A program made the translations under genes and the position numbers. From NCBI GenBank assembly GCA_963841435.1, contig CAWJCS010000003.1, forward strand, positions 1,440,001 to 1,504,000: DNA of 64,000 nt, in the 5' to 3' direction. Below are positions 48,091 through 58,948 of this stretch, piece after piece (the first letter of the stretch is position 1; every line of letters begins with the position of its first letter). The notes beneath the pieces were generated by a model. The model searched no databases. It saw nothing but the letters and a program-made list of their open reading frames with translations, and was not told the origin of the DNA. Source of the DNA: an uncultured delta proteobacterium. Lineage in GTDB: Bacteria; Myxococcota_A; Polyangia; Polyangiales; Polyangiaceae.

Positions 48091-50674
48091 TCAAGGCCAG
48101 TCGACGAGCGCGCCGCGGAGCTTCCAGTCGCCGTCCGTGTCGGCGTCAGCGTAGACGAGCTCGTCGGCCTCGAGCGCGAGCGGCACGCCCACGGCGGCCC
48201 GCGACCCGAGGCTCAAAAGCCGGCGGGGCTTGAACGACCCGAGATCGGACGGCACCACCGCGCCGTAGATCCCGGCGTCGTTTCCGGCTCGGATCGACAC
48301 GAGCACGTGGCAGCGGTCGGCGACGCAATCCAGGGCGAGCGCCATGGGCTCGCCGCTCTCGAGTGGGAAGCGCCGCGGCTGGCCGCGGGCCGCGCCCGAC
48401 GCGTCGATGAGCTCGAAGACCACGGCGGCGCTGCCAGGCGCTTCCTCCCGACCGCGCTCGAGCCAACCAAGCAGGAAGCCGTCGCCGAGCGGCTCGAGCT
48501 TGGGGGAAAACGAATGCCCGCGCGTGGCCATCACGCGCCGCTCGGCGCCCATGGGCGTCGCGTCGCGGCTCGCGAGCCGCGCGAGGTAAATGTCGGCCTC
48601 CCCAGGCTGCTCGGGGTCCCGCGCGTCGGCCCAGGCGACGAGCCCCGAATCGCCCGCCGCGACCAGTGTGGCACCCGTGGCCGAGCCCTTTGCCTTGGTC
48701 ACGCGCTGCTCGCTACCGATGCGGGTTAGCTTGGCGTCGAACGCGCGACGCATAGAGCTCCGGATCGCCGTCGCGCTCGTCGACCCAGGCGAGCAGCCAG
48801 CCGGTGTCGACGGGCGCGGCGGCAACGTCACCCGCGTCGCCGCTCTTGCGCGTCAGCATCCGCTGCGAGCGCCGCGTTCCGTCAGCCGTGAGCAGCGTGA
48901 GGAACACCTGCGGCTGCCCGGCGTCGACGCCCGTCCACGCCGCGAGCAGGTCGCCGGCGGCCGAACCGGGCGCGAGCGCGATGCCGCCGATCGAATGCGC
49001 GCGCAAGGACAGCGAGACCGGAGTGCCGCGCGGCGCACCCGACGCCTCGAGCGGCAGCAGATCGAGCTGGGCGCGCAGCGGTTCGTAGCGTCCGTCGGGA
49101 GCAGGCGCCCTCAGCTTCACCCACGGCGTCGTGGGGTCGAAATCGGTGACGTAGCCGGCGAGCCAGGCGGACCCGGCACGCGTGAGCGCAACGTCCGCGA
49201 GGGCGTCGGTGCTCGCGAGGACGCGATTTTCGCGGATGCGCGGGCGCTCGCCGCCACCGATGCGTCCGGCGGCGGGGCGAAACGTGTCCGAGCGGTGCTC
49301 GAGCTTCACGAGATAGACGGGCGCGGGCGCCTGGGCGAGCGCGGCGAGCGCGAAGCAGCGCGCGTCGCCGCACGAGAGACCGAAACCGAGCTCGGCCGGC
49401 TCCCCGGCGAGGGCGGCGAGGCGAAACGGCTCGGAGGCGCGAAGCTCGAGGCTCGGACCGAGGCGCACGTAGGTCGGCAGCACGTCGGCGTCGTCGCACT
49501 TGGCGCCGCGCCCGCAGGCCGCGCCGAGCGTCAGCGCCGCCACGCCGTCGCCGACGGCGGCCAGCTCTGGCACGGAGGCGTCGTCGGAATCGAACCAGAC
49601 GCGGCCCCGCTCGGCGCTGGCTCGCCCACCGGCGTCGATGGCCGCAATGTCGAAGGCGCGCAGCGTGCCGTTGCGCGCGGAGGGGCTTTCCCACGCGGCG
49701 TAGGCGCGAGCGCCGCCGGGGCGCGAGACGAGGCGCACGAGAACCTGTTCGCCGAGCGGCTGCGTCAGCGGGCCGGCCGGCACGCGGACGGTGCCGTCGG
49801 CGCCCACGACGGCCCGGTAGACGCGGCTCTCGCCGTCGCGCGAGTCGGACCAGGCGGCTATCACGTTGGTGCCCAGCGCCGCGAGATCGAAGTCGAGCCC
49901 GGCGTGCCCCGGCGCGCTCACGGGCACGGGCGCGCCGCCGGCCTCCCCGTCCGACCCGAGCAAGCGAACCTCCACTGCCCCGTCGGCGCGGACGACGCCG
50001 ATGGCCGCGCCGCCGGCGAACGGAATCGCCTGCCAGGCGCGTACCCCGGTCACGAGCGGCCGAGGATCGCCCTCGGGCTCGCCCTTGTCGCCGAGCACGA
50101 CGCCGACGAGCTCCGCGCTCTCGTCGCGCTGCACGGCCCACGCGACGAGCCAGCGCTTCCCGAGCGGCACCACCTCGATCCAGAGCGCGCGCGTCCCGAG
50201 CTCGACGAGCGCCCGCGGCGGCGCGACGAGCTCGCCATTGTCGCGAACCAAGGTCACCTCCACCCACTCGCCGAGCCCCGTGCGGCGCGTGCTCGCCACG
50301 GCGAGCACGGAGGCGCCCGGCCCGCCGCGCACCACGACGAGCCCGATGTCGGGCGGCGCGTCCGCGATGCGGCGCGCCGGCGCGATGGGCGTCCCGTCGG
50401 CGTCGGCCGCCAGCGCGTGCCAGCCGCGCCCACCCTCCTCGGCCGCGGCCCACACGACGAGCGCACCATGCGCGCTCTCGCCGACGTACGGCCCGAAGGT
50501 GCCGTCCGGCACGCGTGCGACCTCGGTGGCGTGCAGCGCCGGTACCGCGGGCTCGCTCGCACCGGCCACGGCTTTCGGCGGCGCGCGGCGCGCGCTCTTC
50601 GGCAAGGGCGTGCTCGAGCCGCAGGCGAGCGAAAGTGCGAAAGCGACGCAGGCGAACGCGAGCCGTCGGTCCAT
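48091..50674 (-). CDS. Hypothetical lipoprotein, probable beta-propeller repeats (one extra base near 48740; about 860 aa when corrected)
   Basis: Lipobox SLAC; repeated (L/I)(V/A)AW..xRDG..(L/I)Y blades; ORFs 48713..50674 and 48091..48831 join at YASRV/DAKLTRIG. Confidence 0.7.
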
Positions 50675-50726
50675 GAGGGCGCGAAACGTACCACCGACCC
50701 CGGCGCTCTCAAGCTACGATGGCACG

Positions 50727-52385
50727 GTGACGCTGGCCGTGCGCCTGCTCCTGGCGATCGCCGCGGTGACGCTCACGACCGCTGCCCTCGCCGGCTTTGC
50801 GGTACGGGAGGCGTGGCGGCGCGCCGAGGAAGATCGTTTCGCAAAGGAGTTTCGCGGCGGCGCGACCCTGCTCGGCGAGGCCCTGAAGAGCGAGCTCGGG
50901 GCGCTCCCGCCACTCGTCGAGCCCGTGTGCCGTCACGATCCGATCGTCGATAGCGCGCTCGTGGGGCTTTCTGCCGGGGATCTCGGCGCGCGAAAATTGT
51001 CGATCGGCCTGCGCGTGCCGGAGCTCGGGCGCGGCCTCGGGCTCGACGAGCTCGTGCTCGTGACCTCGCGTGGGGAGATCTTGGGCGCGCTCGGACGGGG
51101 GGCCACGGCGGCGGACTCGCGACGGCTCGTCGAGCGCATCGCGAACGGCGGCGGCGCGGGCGTGCGCAGCGAGGCACCGCTCGCCGTCGAGGCGACGTGC
51201 CGCCACGGCGATGCTCGCGAATGGGTCGGTCTGTATGCGGCGCGTCACCTGGACGCGCTCCTCGCACGCGTCGGCCGTTCGTTCGACTTCAAGCTCCAGC
51301 TCGGCGAACCTGCGCCCGACCCCACGCTGCTCACCGAGACGCTGAGCCTCCCCGAGCTCCCCGGCGTGACGATCACGGCGTCACGCTCGCGCCGGCCGCT
51401 CGTGCAAGCCCTGCGCGGCCTCGACGCGACGCTCGTCGCCATCGGCGCCATCGCCCTCGCCGGCGCGCTGCTCTCGGCACTCCTGCTTTCGCGCGGGCTC
51501 GCGCGGCCGATCGTCGAAATGTCCCGGCAAGCGGCCGCCGTCGTGCACGGCGAGCCCCAGCCGGTCGCGCCCGGCGGCGGGCGCGAGCTCGTCCAGTTCG
51601 CCGAAGCGTTCAACCGTGCGATTTCCGACCTTGCGGCGCTACGCAAGCGTCTCGCGGCGACCGAGCGCATCGCGGCACGTCGCGAAATCGCGCGCCGCGT
51701 CGCCCACGAGATCAAAAACCCACTCTTGCCCATTCGGGCGGCGGTGGAAACGCTGCGCCGCCTGCGCGCCCGCGCCGACCCCGCGTTCGACGAGTACTTC
51801 GACGAGGCGACGCGCACCGTGCTCGACGAGGTCGCACGCATCAGCAACATCGTCGGTGAGTTCACACGCTTCGCCCGCCTGCCACCGCCACGTCCGGCGC
51901 CGATGGATCTCGTGGAGGCAGCGAGGGCCGTTGTCGGGCTGCACGCCGGCGAAGGCGCGAAGGTGACGCTCGCGGGCGAGTCGCGGCTCGCCATCGTTGC
52001 CGATCGCGACCAGATGGTGCAGGTCGTGACGAACCTCGTGCAAAACTCGCTCGACGCGGTTCAGGGCCGGCCCGACGCGGAGGTGACCGTCAGCGTGCAG
52101 CTGCGCGACGCGCGAGCGTGCCTCGTCGTGACGGACAACGGACCCGGCTTCCCGCGCGAGCTCGTCGAGCGCCCGTTCGAGCCGTACTTCACGACGAAGG
52201 CCCATGGCACCGGCCTCGGGCTCGCCATCGTCGAGCGGATCGTCGTCGAGCACGCGGGAACCATCCAGCTCGACACCGCTTACCAGGGGGGCGCCCGCCT
52301 CGTCATCGAGCTGCCGATTTCCGGACCGACCCTACTTACCGAAGCGCCCCCGGTGCCGAGCTCCGAGCGGGAGACCGGCTCCTAG
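50727..52385 (+). CDS. Membrane sensor histidine kinase with HAMP domain (NtrY-like)
   Basis: Two TM helices, HAMP (LARPI...AFNRAI), H-box VAHEIKNPL, N-box NLVQNS, DNGPG, PYFTTK, GTGLGL. Confidence 0.93.
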   Translation: MTLAVRLLLAIAAVTLTTAALAGFAVREAWRRAEEDRFAKEFRGGATLLGEALKSELGALPPLVEPVCRHDPIVDSALVGLSAGDLGARKLSIGLRVPELGRGLGLDELVLVTSRGEILGALGRGATAADSRRLVERIANGGGAGVRSEAPLAVEATCRHGDAREWVGLYAARHLDALLARVGRSFDFKLQLGEPAPDPTLLTETLSLPELPGVTITASRSRRPLVQALRGLDATLVAIGAIALAGALLSALLLSRGLARPIVEMSRQAAAVVHGEPQPVAPGGGRELVQFAEAFNRAISDLAALRKRLAATERIAARREIARRVAHEIKNPLLPIRAAVETLRRLRARADPAFDEYFDEATRTVLDEVARISNIVGEFTRFARLPPPRPAPMDLVEAARAVVGLHAGEGAKVTLAGESRLAIVADRDQMVQVVTNLVQNSLDAVQGRPDAEVTVSVQLRDARACLVVTDNGPGFPRELVERPFEPYFTTKAHGTGLGLAIVERIVVEHAGTIQLDTAYQGGARLVIELPISGPTLLTEAPPVPSSERETGS

Positions 52386-52495
52386 GCCCAGGTAGCCGGG
52401 AAAAAGCTGCTGCTCTTGTTCCGAGGGCCTCGACCTGAGTACGATTTCGATCTGCGGTGCCGCCTCGAGCCCTCGGGCGCGGCCACCGACTCGCG

Positions 52496-54101
52496 ATGGA
52501 AAGCCTTACACCACGACAGGTTCTGGGGATCGGGGCGCTGATCGCGAGCCTGCTCGCGACATCGCTCGTCGCGGGCTTCGAACAGCGAGCGTTCGTGCTC
52601 GGCGCGATCGTCACGCTCGTGGGCGCGATCGCCATCATCTATGCGGGCGGCGGCGGTGGCTCGAAGGAAACGGTCGAGCGGCTGCGTGCGGCCGCTCAGA
52701 AGGTCCTCGAGGGCAAGCGCCCCGACGTGCCGCCGGCGGCGCCGCCCGACGTCGCGCGGGCGTACGAATCACTCGGCGACGCAGCGGATGCCGTGGCGGC
52801 ACGCGTTCGCGCCACGGAGACGCTCGCCGACGGACTTACGGCGCTCGTCACGGGCCTCAAGCAGCTCACCGAAGGGGTCGCGACCCAGCTCACGGCCAGC
52901 GAAGAAGCCACGCGCTACGTCAAGGAGACCGCCGAGTCGTTGCGAGCCGCGGGGCAGAACGTCGAGGTGCTCGCCGCGAGCGCCGAGGAGTCGGGCTCGT
53001 CGATCATCGAGATGACGGCCAGCAACGAGACCGTGGCCGAGAACATCGTGGAGCTTGCCGGCAGCGTGCGCGAGACGGTCGCGTCGATCGAGGAGATGGC
53101 CTATTCCATCAAAGAAGTCGCCAAGAACGTCGACGCGCTCTCGCTCACCGCCGAGGAGACCAGCTCCAGCATGAACGAGATGGACGTTCTCGATCGACCA
53201 GGTCCAGTCGAACGCGAACGAGACGGCGCGCCTCTCGGAGGAGGTCGCTCACGACGCCGAGCGCGGCGCCGAATCCATCCTCAAGACCATCGGCGAGATT
53301 TACCGCATCAAGGAGAGCAGCCAGGAAGCCGTCAGCGTGATCTCGAATCTGGGGTCGCGGATCGACGCCATCGGGCAAATCCTCAACGTGATCGACGACG
53401 TTGCGGAGCAGACCAACCTGCTCGCGCTCAACGCCGCCATCATCGCCGCGCAGGCCGGCGAGCACGGCAAGGGGTTCGCCGTCGTGGCCGACGAGATCAA
53501 GGATCTCGCGGAGCGAGCGGGCGCGAGCACCAAGGAGATCGCCGATCTCATCAAGACCATCCAGTCCGAGAGCAAGAACGCCATCTCGGCCGTGGAGCGC
53601 GGCGCGCAGAACGTCGACCGCGGCGTCGAAGTCTCGAACGAGGCCGAGCGGGCTCTGAAGAAGATCCTCGAAAGCTCGCAGAAGAGCACCAACATGGTGC
53701 GCGCCATCGCGCGGGCCACGGTCGAACAGGCCAAGGGCAGCAAGCAAGTGACCGACGCCATCGGCCGCATCGCCAGCACCGTGCAGCAGATCGCCGCCGC
53801 GACCGCACAGCAGGCGCGCGGCTCGGAGCTCATCATGCGGAGCGGCGAAAAGATGCGCACCATCGCGCAGCAGGTCGAGCGCTCGACGCAGGAGCAGTCG
53901 CGTGGCAGCCGACAGATCACGCAGGCGATGGAGAGCATCAACAGCATGGTCGGGCAGCTGTCGACGGCCCAGCGCGCGCAGGTGCGCGGCGCCGAGCGAG
54001 GCCTAGCGATCGTGTCGCAGCTCGACGAGGCCGCGCGCAAGCAAGACGCGGCCCTGCGCGAGATCACCGTCAAGGCCGAGCGCACCCAAAAGCGCGCGTA
54101 G
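52496..54101 (+). CDS. Methyl-accepting chemotaxis protein (one extra base near 53187; about 534 aa when corrected)
   Basis: Two N-terminal TM helices; signalling hairpin [39 protein letters not shown]; frames join at [12 protein letters not shown]. Confidence 0.92.
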
Positions 54102-54103
54102 CC

Positions 54104-54886
54104 TCACGGCTGCTCGTCCCAGCCGATCTCGCGAGCCGTCAGCTTTCCGACGTGGAGCTCCGCGAGCGAGCTCGGGCGCGCCTCCTCGGTGAGCGACACG
54201 GCGCGGTTTCGCGCCATGATCTCGGCGTAGCGCTGCGGGTAGCGCGGCTCGCGCTCGGGCTCGGCCAGCCCGTCCGGCAGCAGCACTCGACCGTCCGGCC
54301 CGTAGCGGTCATTGGCCCCGAGCGTGTGAAAAAGCTCGTGAGCTGCGACGAACAGCGCCGTATCGACCGTCTCCTCGTCGAGCTCGGCGAGCGCCACGCC
54401 CACGCGTCCGCCGTGCTCGCTCATGCCCTCCACGAGCGCGCGATCGGTCGTCGGGCGCAGGACGAGATAGACGCGAGCATCGAAGCCGCGCGACGGCACG
54501 GCGAGGCGCCGGTTGACGTTGCGCGTGAAACGGTAGAGATCGAGAGCGTGGTGTGCGGCAGCGACGAGGCCGTCCGCGGGGGCCGGCGGGGGTGCGACAC
54601 CGAGCGCTGCCGGCCCGTAGATCGCGAACGAAAACGGCTTCGGGGCGCTCGGCCGGTAGCGCGCGAGCTCGTCGTGCAGACGGACGCCGAGATCGGGCAC
54701 GCGCGCGCGCAGCGCCTCGAGCGCGGGCGCGTCCACGGCGCCGTCGGTCACGATCACGAACGCGATGTCGAGGGTCCGGTGCCACTCGTTGCGCTCGTGC
54801 CGGCGCGACACGTCGTGCCACGCGTAGAGCAGCACGCAGCCCAGCACCGCGAGTAAAAAGAGGAGACGGAGCGTGCGCGCGCGCAT
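54104..54886 (-). CDS. Membrane-anchored zinc metallopeptidase-like protein
   Basis: N-terminal TM helix; AAHELFHTLGANDRY (HExxHxxGxxD) and a downstream EIM Met-turn. Confidence 0.7.
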   Translation of the reverse strand: MRARTLRLLFLLAVLGCVLLYAWHDVSRRHERNEWHRTLDIAFVIVTDGAVDAPALEALRARVPDLGVRLHDELARYRPSAPKPFSFAIYGPAALGVAPPPAPADGLVAAAHHALDLYRFTRNVNRRLAVPSRGFDARVYLVLRPTTDRALVEGMSEHGGRVGVALAELDEETVDTALFVAAHELFHTLGANDRYGPDGRVLLPDGLAEPEREPRYPQRYAEIMARNRAVSLTEEARPSSLAELHVGKLTAREIGWDEQP

Positions 54887-54901
54887 CCGGCCGCCGCCGC
54901 C

Positions 54902-56509
54902 TCAGTGACTCTTGCCGCAGCTACCCGCGCCGGGGGTCGTCGCCTCGAGCGCGTAGTCGCCCACGTCGATCTGCAAGGGCACGGTGAGCTCGGCCGCGAA
55001 GCGGCCGCCGCCCTCGGTGGGGACCGAACCCAGCGCGAAAGCGCGCCCGTCGCGGCCGCGCAGCGAAAGATCGACGCGCGCGAACGGGCAGGGCTCCCCC
55101 TCCGCGCGAACGCTGCCGTGCAGGCGGATGCGACCGCCGCGCCGCGCGTCGCCGGAATCGAGCGCGAGCTCGACCATCGACGCGGGTCGATCGGAAGCAT
55201 CGTGGAGAGCTCCCTCTTCGGACGACGCGCCGGCGTCCGGCGCGAACGACGCGGAGGCGCCGGGCGCCGCCGTGGATCCCGTGCCGGTGCGGCCCCCCGG
55301 CGAAGCCGGGCCCTGACCGGCGAGCGGCAGCACCGAGCGCGCGAGCGTGCTCTCGGCGCTCTCCGAGCCCGCCGGCCAGGCGAACGGATCGTCGGGGGGC
55401 ACGTGCGGCGAGGCGCGCGAGGCAGGATCGAGCTCGAAGCGCCCGACGGCACCGCCGAGATCGATGCGATGCCAGATGGCGGCGTCGAACACCTCGACCC
55501 AGGCGTGCGCCTCGTTGCGCACGAGGCGCGCCGGCAGGCCCAGCCCGAGCGCCGTGATCACGAAGGCAAACGCGCGGTGGCGGCAGACGCCCTTCTTCGA
55601 CAACGCGAGCTCCCGGTAGAGCTCGACCGGCTGCCGTGACGTCGGCAGGTCGTCGGACGACGCGAAACTGCGAAAGTGCGCGACGAGCGTCGCGAGGGCG
55701 TCGCGCGGCGACACGCGCTGGGAAAGGTGCAGCGACGAGAGCACGTCGCCCGCGGCGTTGCGCAACGCCGCGGGCAGAAGCGGCGCGCTCGGCACGAGGC
55801 TCCCCCAGCTCACGTCGGGAAACGGCGAGCCGAACGACGCGCGCGGCGCCGCGAGCTGCATGACCAGACGCAGCCGCTGCCGTGTGGAGCCGAGCAAGAA
55901 CCAGTTTTCGGCACCGTCGCGCACGATCTCGACGGGTACGGGCGGCTCGACGCGCAGCGCGAGCACGCGCGCGCCCGGACCCACGCTCGGAATGCGCACG
56001 GGCACGCCAATGGCGCTATCGACGAACAGATCGCCGAAGAATTGGTCCTCGCCGGGCAGCGCGCCGCCCCCCATCTCGACGCGCCGCAGGCGGCGGTCGG
56101 CGACCGTGAGCTCGGCGGAGTCGTCGGGGGCGTCGTAGGCGTAGAGCCGCTTGAACGGGGTCACCGACGGAACGAAGGGGTCGTCGTAGCTTGCCGCATC
56201 GGGGCGCCTCGTGTCGCGATCGATGCGGTAGCTCGCGTCGATGCTGTCGGGCGTCGAGCTGCCGCCGTAGGCGCGCTCGGGCGGAGGACGGCGCTCGGCG
56301 GGTGCGGGCACGACGCCGCTCGGCGTGTCAACGGCAGCGGGCAAGCGACCGTCGGCCGTCGTCGCGTGCAGCGCGAGATCGTCGGCGGGATCCGGCGGGA
56401 TGAACTCATGCTCGACGAGACCCTCGGCGAGCACGGGAGCCGCAAGCAGCACGACGAGCGCAAAGGGCGCCACGCGCCTCGCCGTCCTCGGCTGTCGAAC
56501 CCGGAGCAT
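54902..56509 (-). CDS. Exported transglutaminase-like domain protein
   Basis: KGVCRHRA (Cys), NEAHAWVEV (His), WHRIDLG (Asp); hydrophobic signal ALVVLLAAPVLA. Confidence 0.82.
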   Translation of the reverse strand: MLRVRQPRTARRVAPFALVVLLAAPVLAEGLVEHEFIPPDPADDLALHATTADGRLPAAVDTPSGVVPAPAERRPPPERAYGGSSTPDSIDASYRIDRDTRRPDAASYDDPFVPSVTPFKRLYAYDAPDDSAELTVADRRLRRVEMGGGALPGEDQFFGDLFVDSAIGVPVRIPSVGPGARVLALRVEPPVPVEIVRDGAENWFLLGSTRQRLRLVMQLAAPRASFGSPFPDVSWGSLVPSAPLLPAALRNAAGDVLSSLHLSQRVSPRDALATLVAHFRSFASSDDLPTSRQPVELYRELALSKKGVCRHRAFAFVITALGLGLPARLVRNEAHAWVEVFDAAIWHRIDLGGAVGRFELDPASRASPHVPPDDPFAWPAGSESAESTLARSVLPLAGQGPASPGGRTGTGSTAAPGASASFAPDAGASSEEGALHDASDRPASMVELALDSGDARRGGRIRLHGSVRAEGEPCPFARVDLSLRGRDGRAFALGSVPTEGGGRFAAELTVPLQIDVGDYALEATTPGAGSCGKSH

Positions 56510-56546
56510 CCCGCGAATCCTACGCCGCATCGTGGGCCTGCGCCGC

Positions 56547-58841
56547 TCAGAACCCGAGCGCCTGGTCGAAGTAGTAGCTGAGCTTGAGCGTGACCTCCTG
56601 AAAGCCGCTCACGGCGTTCCCGGCGATGGGAGCGTCACGGCGATACACCAGGTAGAGGTCGCTGCCCGGAAGGTACTGGTAGCGCAGACGGGCTTGCGAC
56701 CCGAAACGCTGCTTGTTCGGTTCGAGCGTGAGGCGCGCGAGCAAGTCGAGGCTCAAGGTCGGGGTCGCCGAGAGCACGAAGCCGCCGTTCATGACGCCGA
56801 ACGCGAAGCGCTCGCTCGCATCGTCGAGTCGCCCATCGAGGTAGCGATAGCTCACGTTGGCCTGAAAGTAGCGGCTCGGCTGCAGTGCGAGCCCCTCCGT
56901 CAGGTCGTGGCGGTAACCGCCGAATACGCGCAGGTACGAGTAGTTGAGGCTTGCGTCGAGCGAGCGCCGGATGGGCGTGGTCAGGCTCAACGCGAGCACG
57001 GGGCCGCGGTAGACGCCCGCCGCCACCTCGTAGCCGAAGAGCCGGAAATCGTCGTCAACGTGGTCGATGGCGTAGCTGGCCGAGGCTTCTGCAATCTGCC
57101 CCGTTTCCATTCTGACGGTCATGAGAGCGGTGACGTTGTCCTTGAGGGCGCGCGAGTAGTCCTGGCTGAACGTCCCGCTGGCGACGCCACCGAGCTGGAC
57201 CTGTTCGATGCCCCAGCTGTTCAGGCGCGGCACGACGCGAAGCGTGGCGTAGTGCTCGGCGGCGGAAAGGCGACTGTAGTAGCCGAGCGCCGGATCGAAG
57301 TCGTGGCTGCTCAAGGACCAGTCTGCGTACGTTCTGACGACGCGTCCAGCGTACTGGAGCCTCGCATAGGCGCTCTCGCCACGTGCGGTGCGCTCGGGCT
57401 CTCCGCCCGCGAGCTCACCGGTCGTCGGGTCGAGCGCCCCGGCCACGGCCGGCTCTTCGGTCATCACACCCGTGGCAAAGCCGTAGAGGCTGAATTTGCC
57501 GTCCTCGGAGCGCAGCTCACCGTCCACGCCGAGCGCCAGGTGGTCGCCGGGCGCCACGCGCTGCCGGGTGGCGCCGATCACGCCGACGAACCCGCGCCGC
57601 CCGAGCGTGTGGCGTAGCCGCGCCACCGCCACGGTGTCCGCCGGGCTGCCGGGGTCGGTCGGGACACGCTCATCGGCCAGGCGCGGGAGCGTTTGCACCG
57701 CGAGCAGCGAATACGAGAGGCTGCCCGTGTGCCCGTAGGCCTTCCCCGCGGCCAGGATCGGCACCACCTTGTCGCCGTCGAGACCGATGCGTCGCGTGTC
57801 AACCAGCTGGCGGTACTTGGGCTGCCCGAAGCGAAGCTCGTTCAAGCCGTTGATGAAAAACGGGCGTTGCTCGGGAAAGAAGAGTGGGAAGCGATCGCTC
57901 TGCACCTCGACCTGATCGATGGCGACGTGCGAAAAGTCGGTGAGTAGGCTGAGCTCGGCATACGAGCCCGGCCCGGTTTGCACGCGCGCGTCGACGCCGG
58001 CGCTCAGGTTCGGCCGGTCGCGGGGATCAACCGCAAAATCGCGGGTGAAGTCGGTCCGCGCCACGACGTACGGCACGATCTCGAGCGCGCGCTGAGTGCG
58101 GATGCCGGAGAGGCCGCCCAGGGTACCGTACGTCGAGGGTGCGTCTGCCTTCTGGGGAGGGTCGGCGAGCTGAAGGTCGCTTTCGGTGCTTGGCGTCACC
58201 GTCGTCCGGCTCACGCTGAAGCCCATCCGCCGAACGGTGCTCGCTTGAACGCCGAGGATCGAAAACGGGATTCGGTATTCGACGACGTATTCGCCAGCTG
58301 CTCGACCGACCCTCGCCTCCCACACGCCGTCCCACTGCGGCACGACGCTGCGCCCGTCGTCGTCGACGATGGCGTCGTATTTTGCCTCGCTCGCGTTGAC
58401 GGCGAACAGGAACGCGGCGCCCTGTGCGCGATTCGGCTCGATGCGCAGCACGACGCCGTCGTCGTCACGGATGGCCTCGTCGTCGCGACGCAGCGTGCGG
58501 GCCACGGGCTGGACGCGCGTGCCGGCGCGCACGAGCACGAAGAGCGCCTCGTCGTCGTACGCCACCTGGATCACGGTCGGTTCGCGGGCTGGGCGGCCGT
58601 AGACGGGCACGCGCTCGACGAAGCCCCCGGCGCGGGGAGCCCGCCGCCAGACGAGGTCGTCGGCCTTGCCGTCGACGACGACGGGCTCGCGCACGCGTTC
58701 GGCGCGGACGAAAGCGGAAGCCGCCGGCACCGCCGGTGCGCCCGGCGGCACGGGTGCCTCGGCCCAGGCCTCGCCGCCCGTTGCCATCACGCCCGCCACG
58801 AGCCGCGCGCCGCGAAAACGCCGCGCCCGGCGGCGACCCAT
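56547..58841 (-). CDS. CBM9-like N-terminal domain + DUF5916-type outer-membrane barrel protein
   Basis: VVDGKADDLVW, VAYDDEALFV, WDGVWEA, VEYRIPFS, TDFSHV, RFPLFFPEQRPFF, TRRIGL; C-terminal LKLSYYF..LGF. Start uncertain. Confidence 0.75.
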   Translation of the reverse strand: MGRRRARRFRGARLVAGVMATGGEAWAEAPVPPGAPAVPAASAFVRAERVREPVVVDGKADDLVWRRAPRAGGFVERVPVYGRPAREPTVIQVAYDDEALFVLVRAGTRVQPVARTLRRDDEAIRDDDGVVLRIEPNRAQGAAFLFAVNASEAKYDAIVDDDGRSVVPQWDGVWEARVGRAAGEYVVEYRIPFSILGVQASTVRRMGFSVSRTTVTPSTESDLQLADPPQKADAPSTYGTLGGLSGIRTQRALEIVPYVVARTDFTRDFAVDPRDRPNLSAGVDARVQTGPGSYAELSLLTDFSHVAIDQVEVQSDRFPLFFPEQRPFFINGLNELRFGQPKYRQLVDTRRIGLDGDKVVPILAAGKAYGHTGSLSYSLLAVQTLPRLADERVPTDPGSPADTVAVARLRHTLGRRGFVGVIGATRQRVAPGDHLALGVDGELRSEDGKFSLYGFATGVMTEEPAVAGALDPTTGELAGGEPERTARGESAYARLQYAGRVVRTYADWSLSSHDFDPALGYYSRLSAAEHYATLRVVPRLNSWGIEQVQLGGVASGTFSQDYSRALKDNVTALMTVRMETGQIAEASASYAIDHVDDDFRLFGYEVAAGVYRGPVLALSLTTPIRRSLDASLNYSYLRVFGGYRHDLTEGLALQPSRYFQANVSYRYLDGRLDDASERFAFGVMNGGFVLSATPTLSLDLLARLTLEPNKQRFGSQARLRYQYLPGSDLYLVYRRDAPIAGNAVSGFQEVTLKLSYYFDQALGF

Positions 58842-58948
58842 CTCGAGAACCTGCACCGAGCTCGTCACCGTAGGTCGCACGGCGCGCCGAGGAAAGGGGT
58901 TCCATTGAGGTGCCGGTCCCCGGGGCCCGCATCGGCTAGCCTTCGTGC

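Noticed and set aside
54102-54856. C-terminal extension of ORF 52457..54856
   Set aside because: Artefact of the MCP frameshift; it overlaps the minus-strand metallopeptidase gene.
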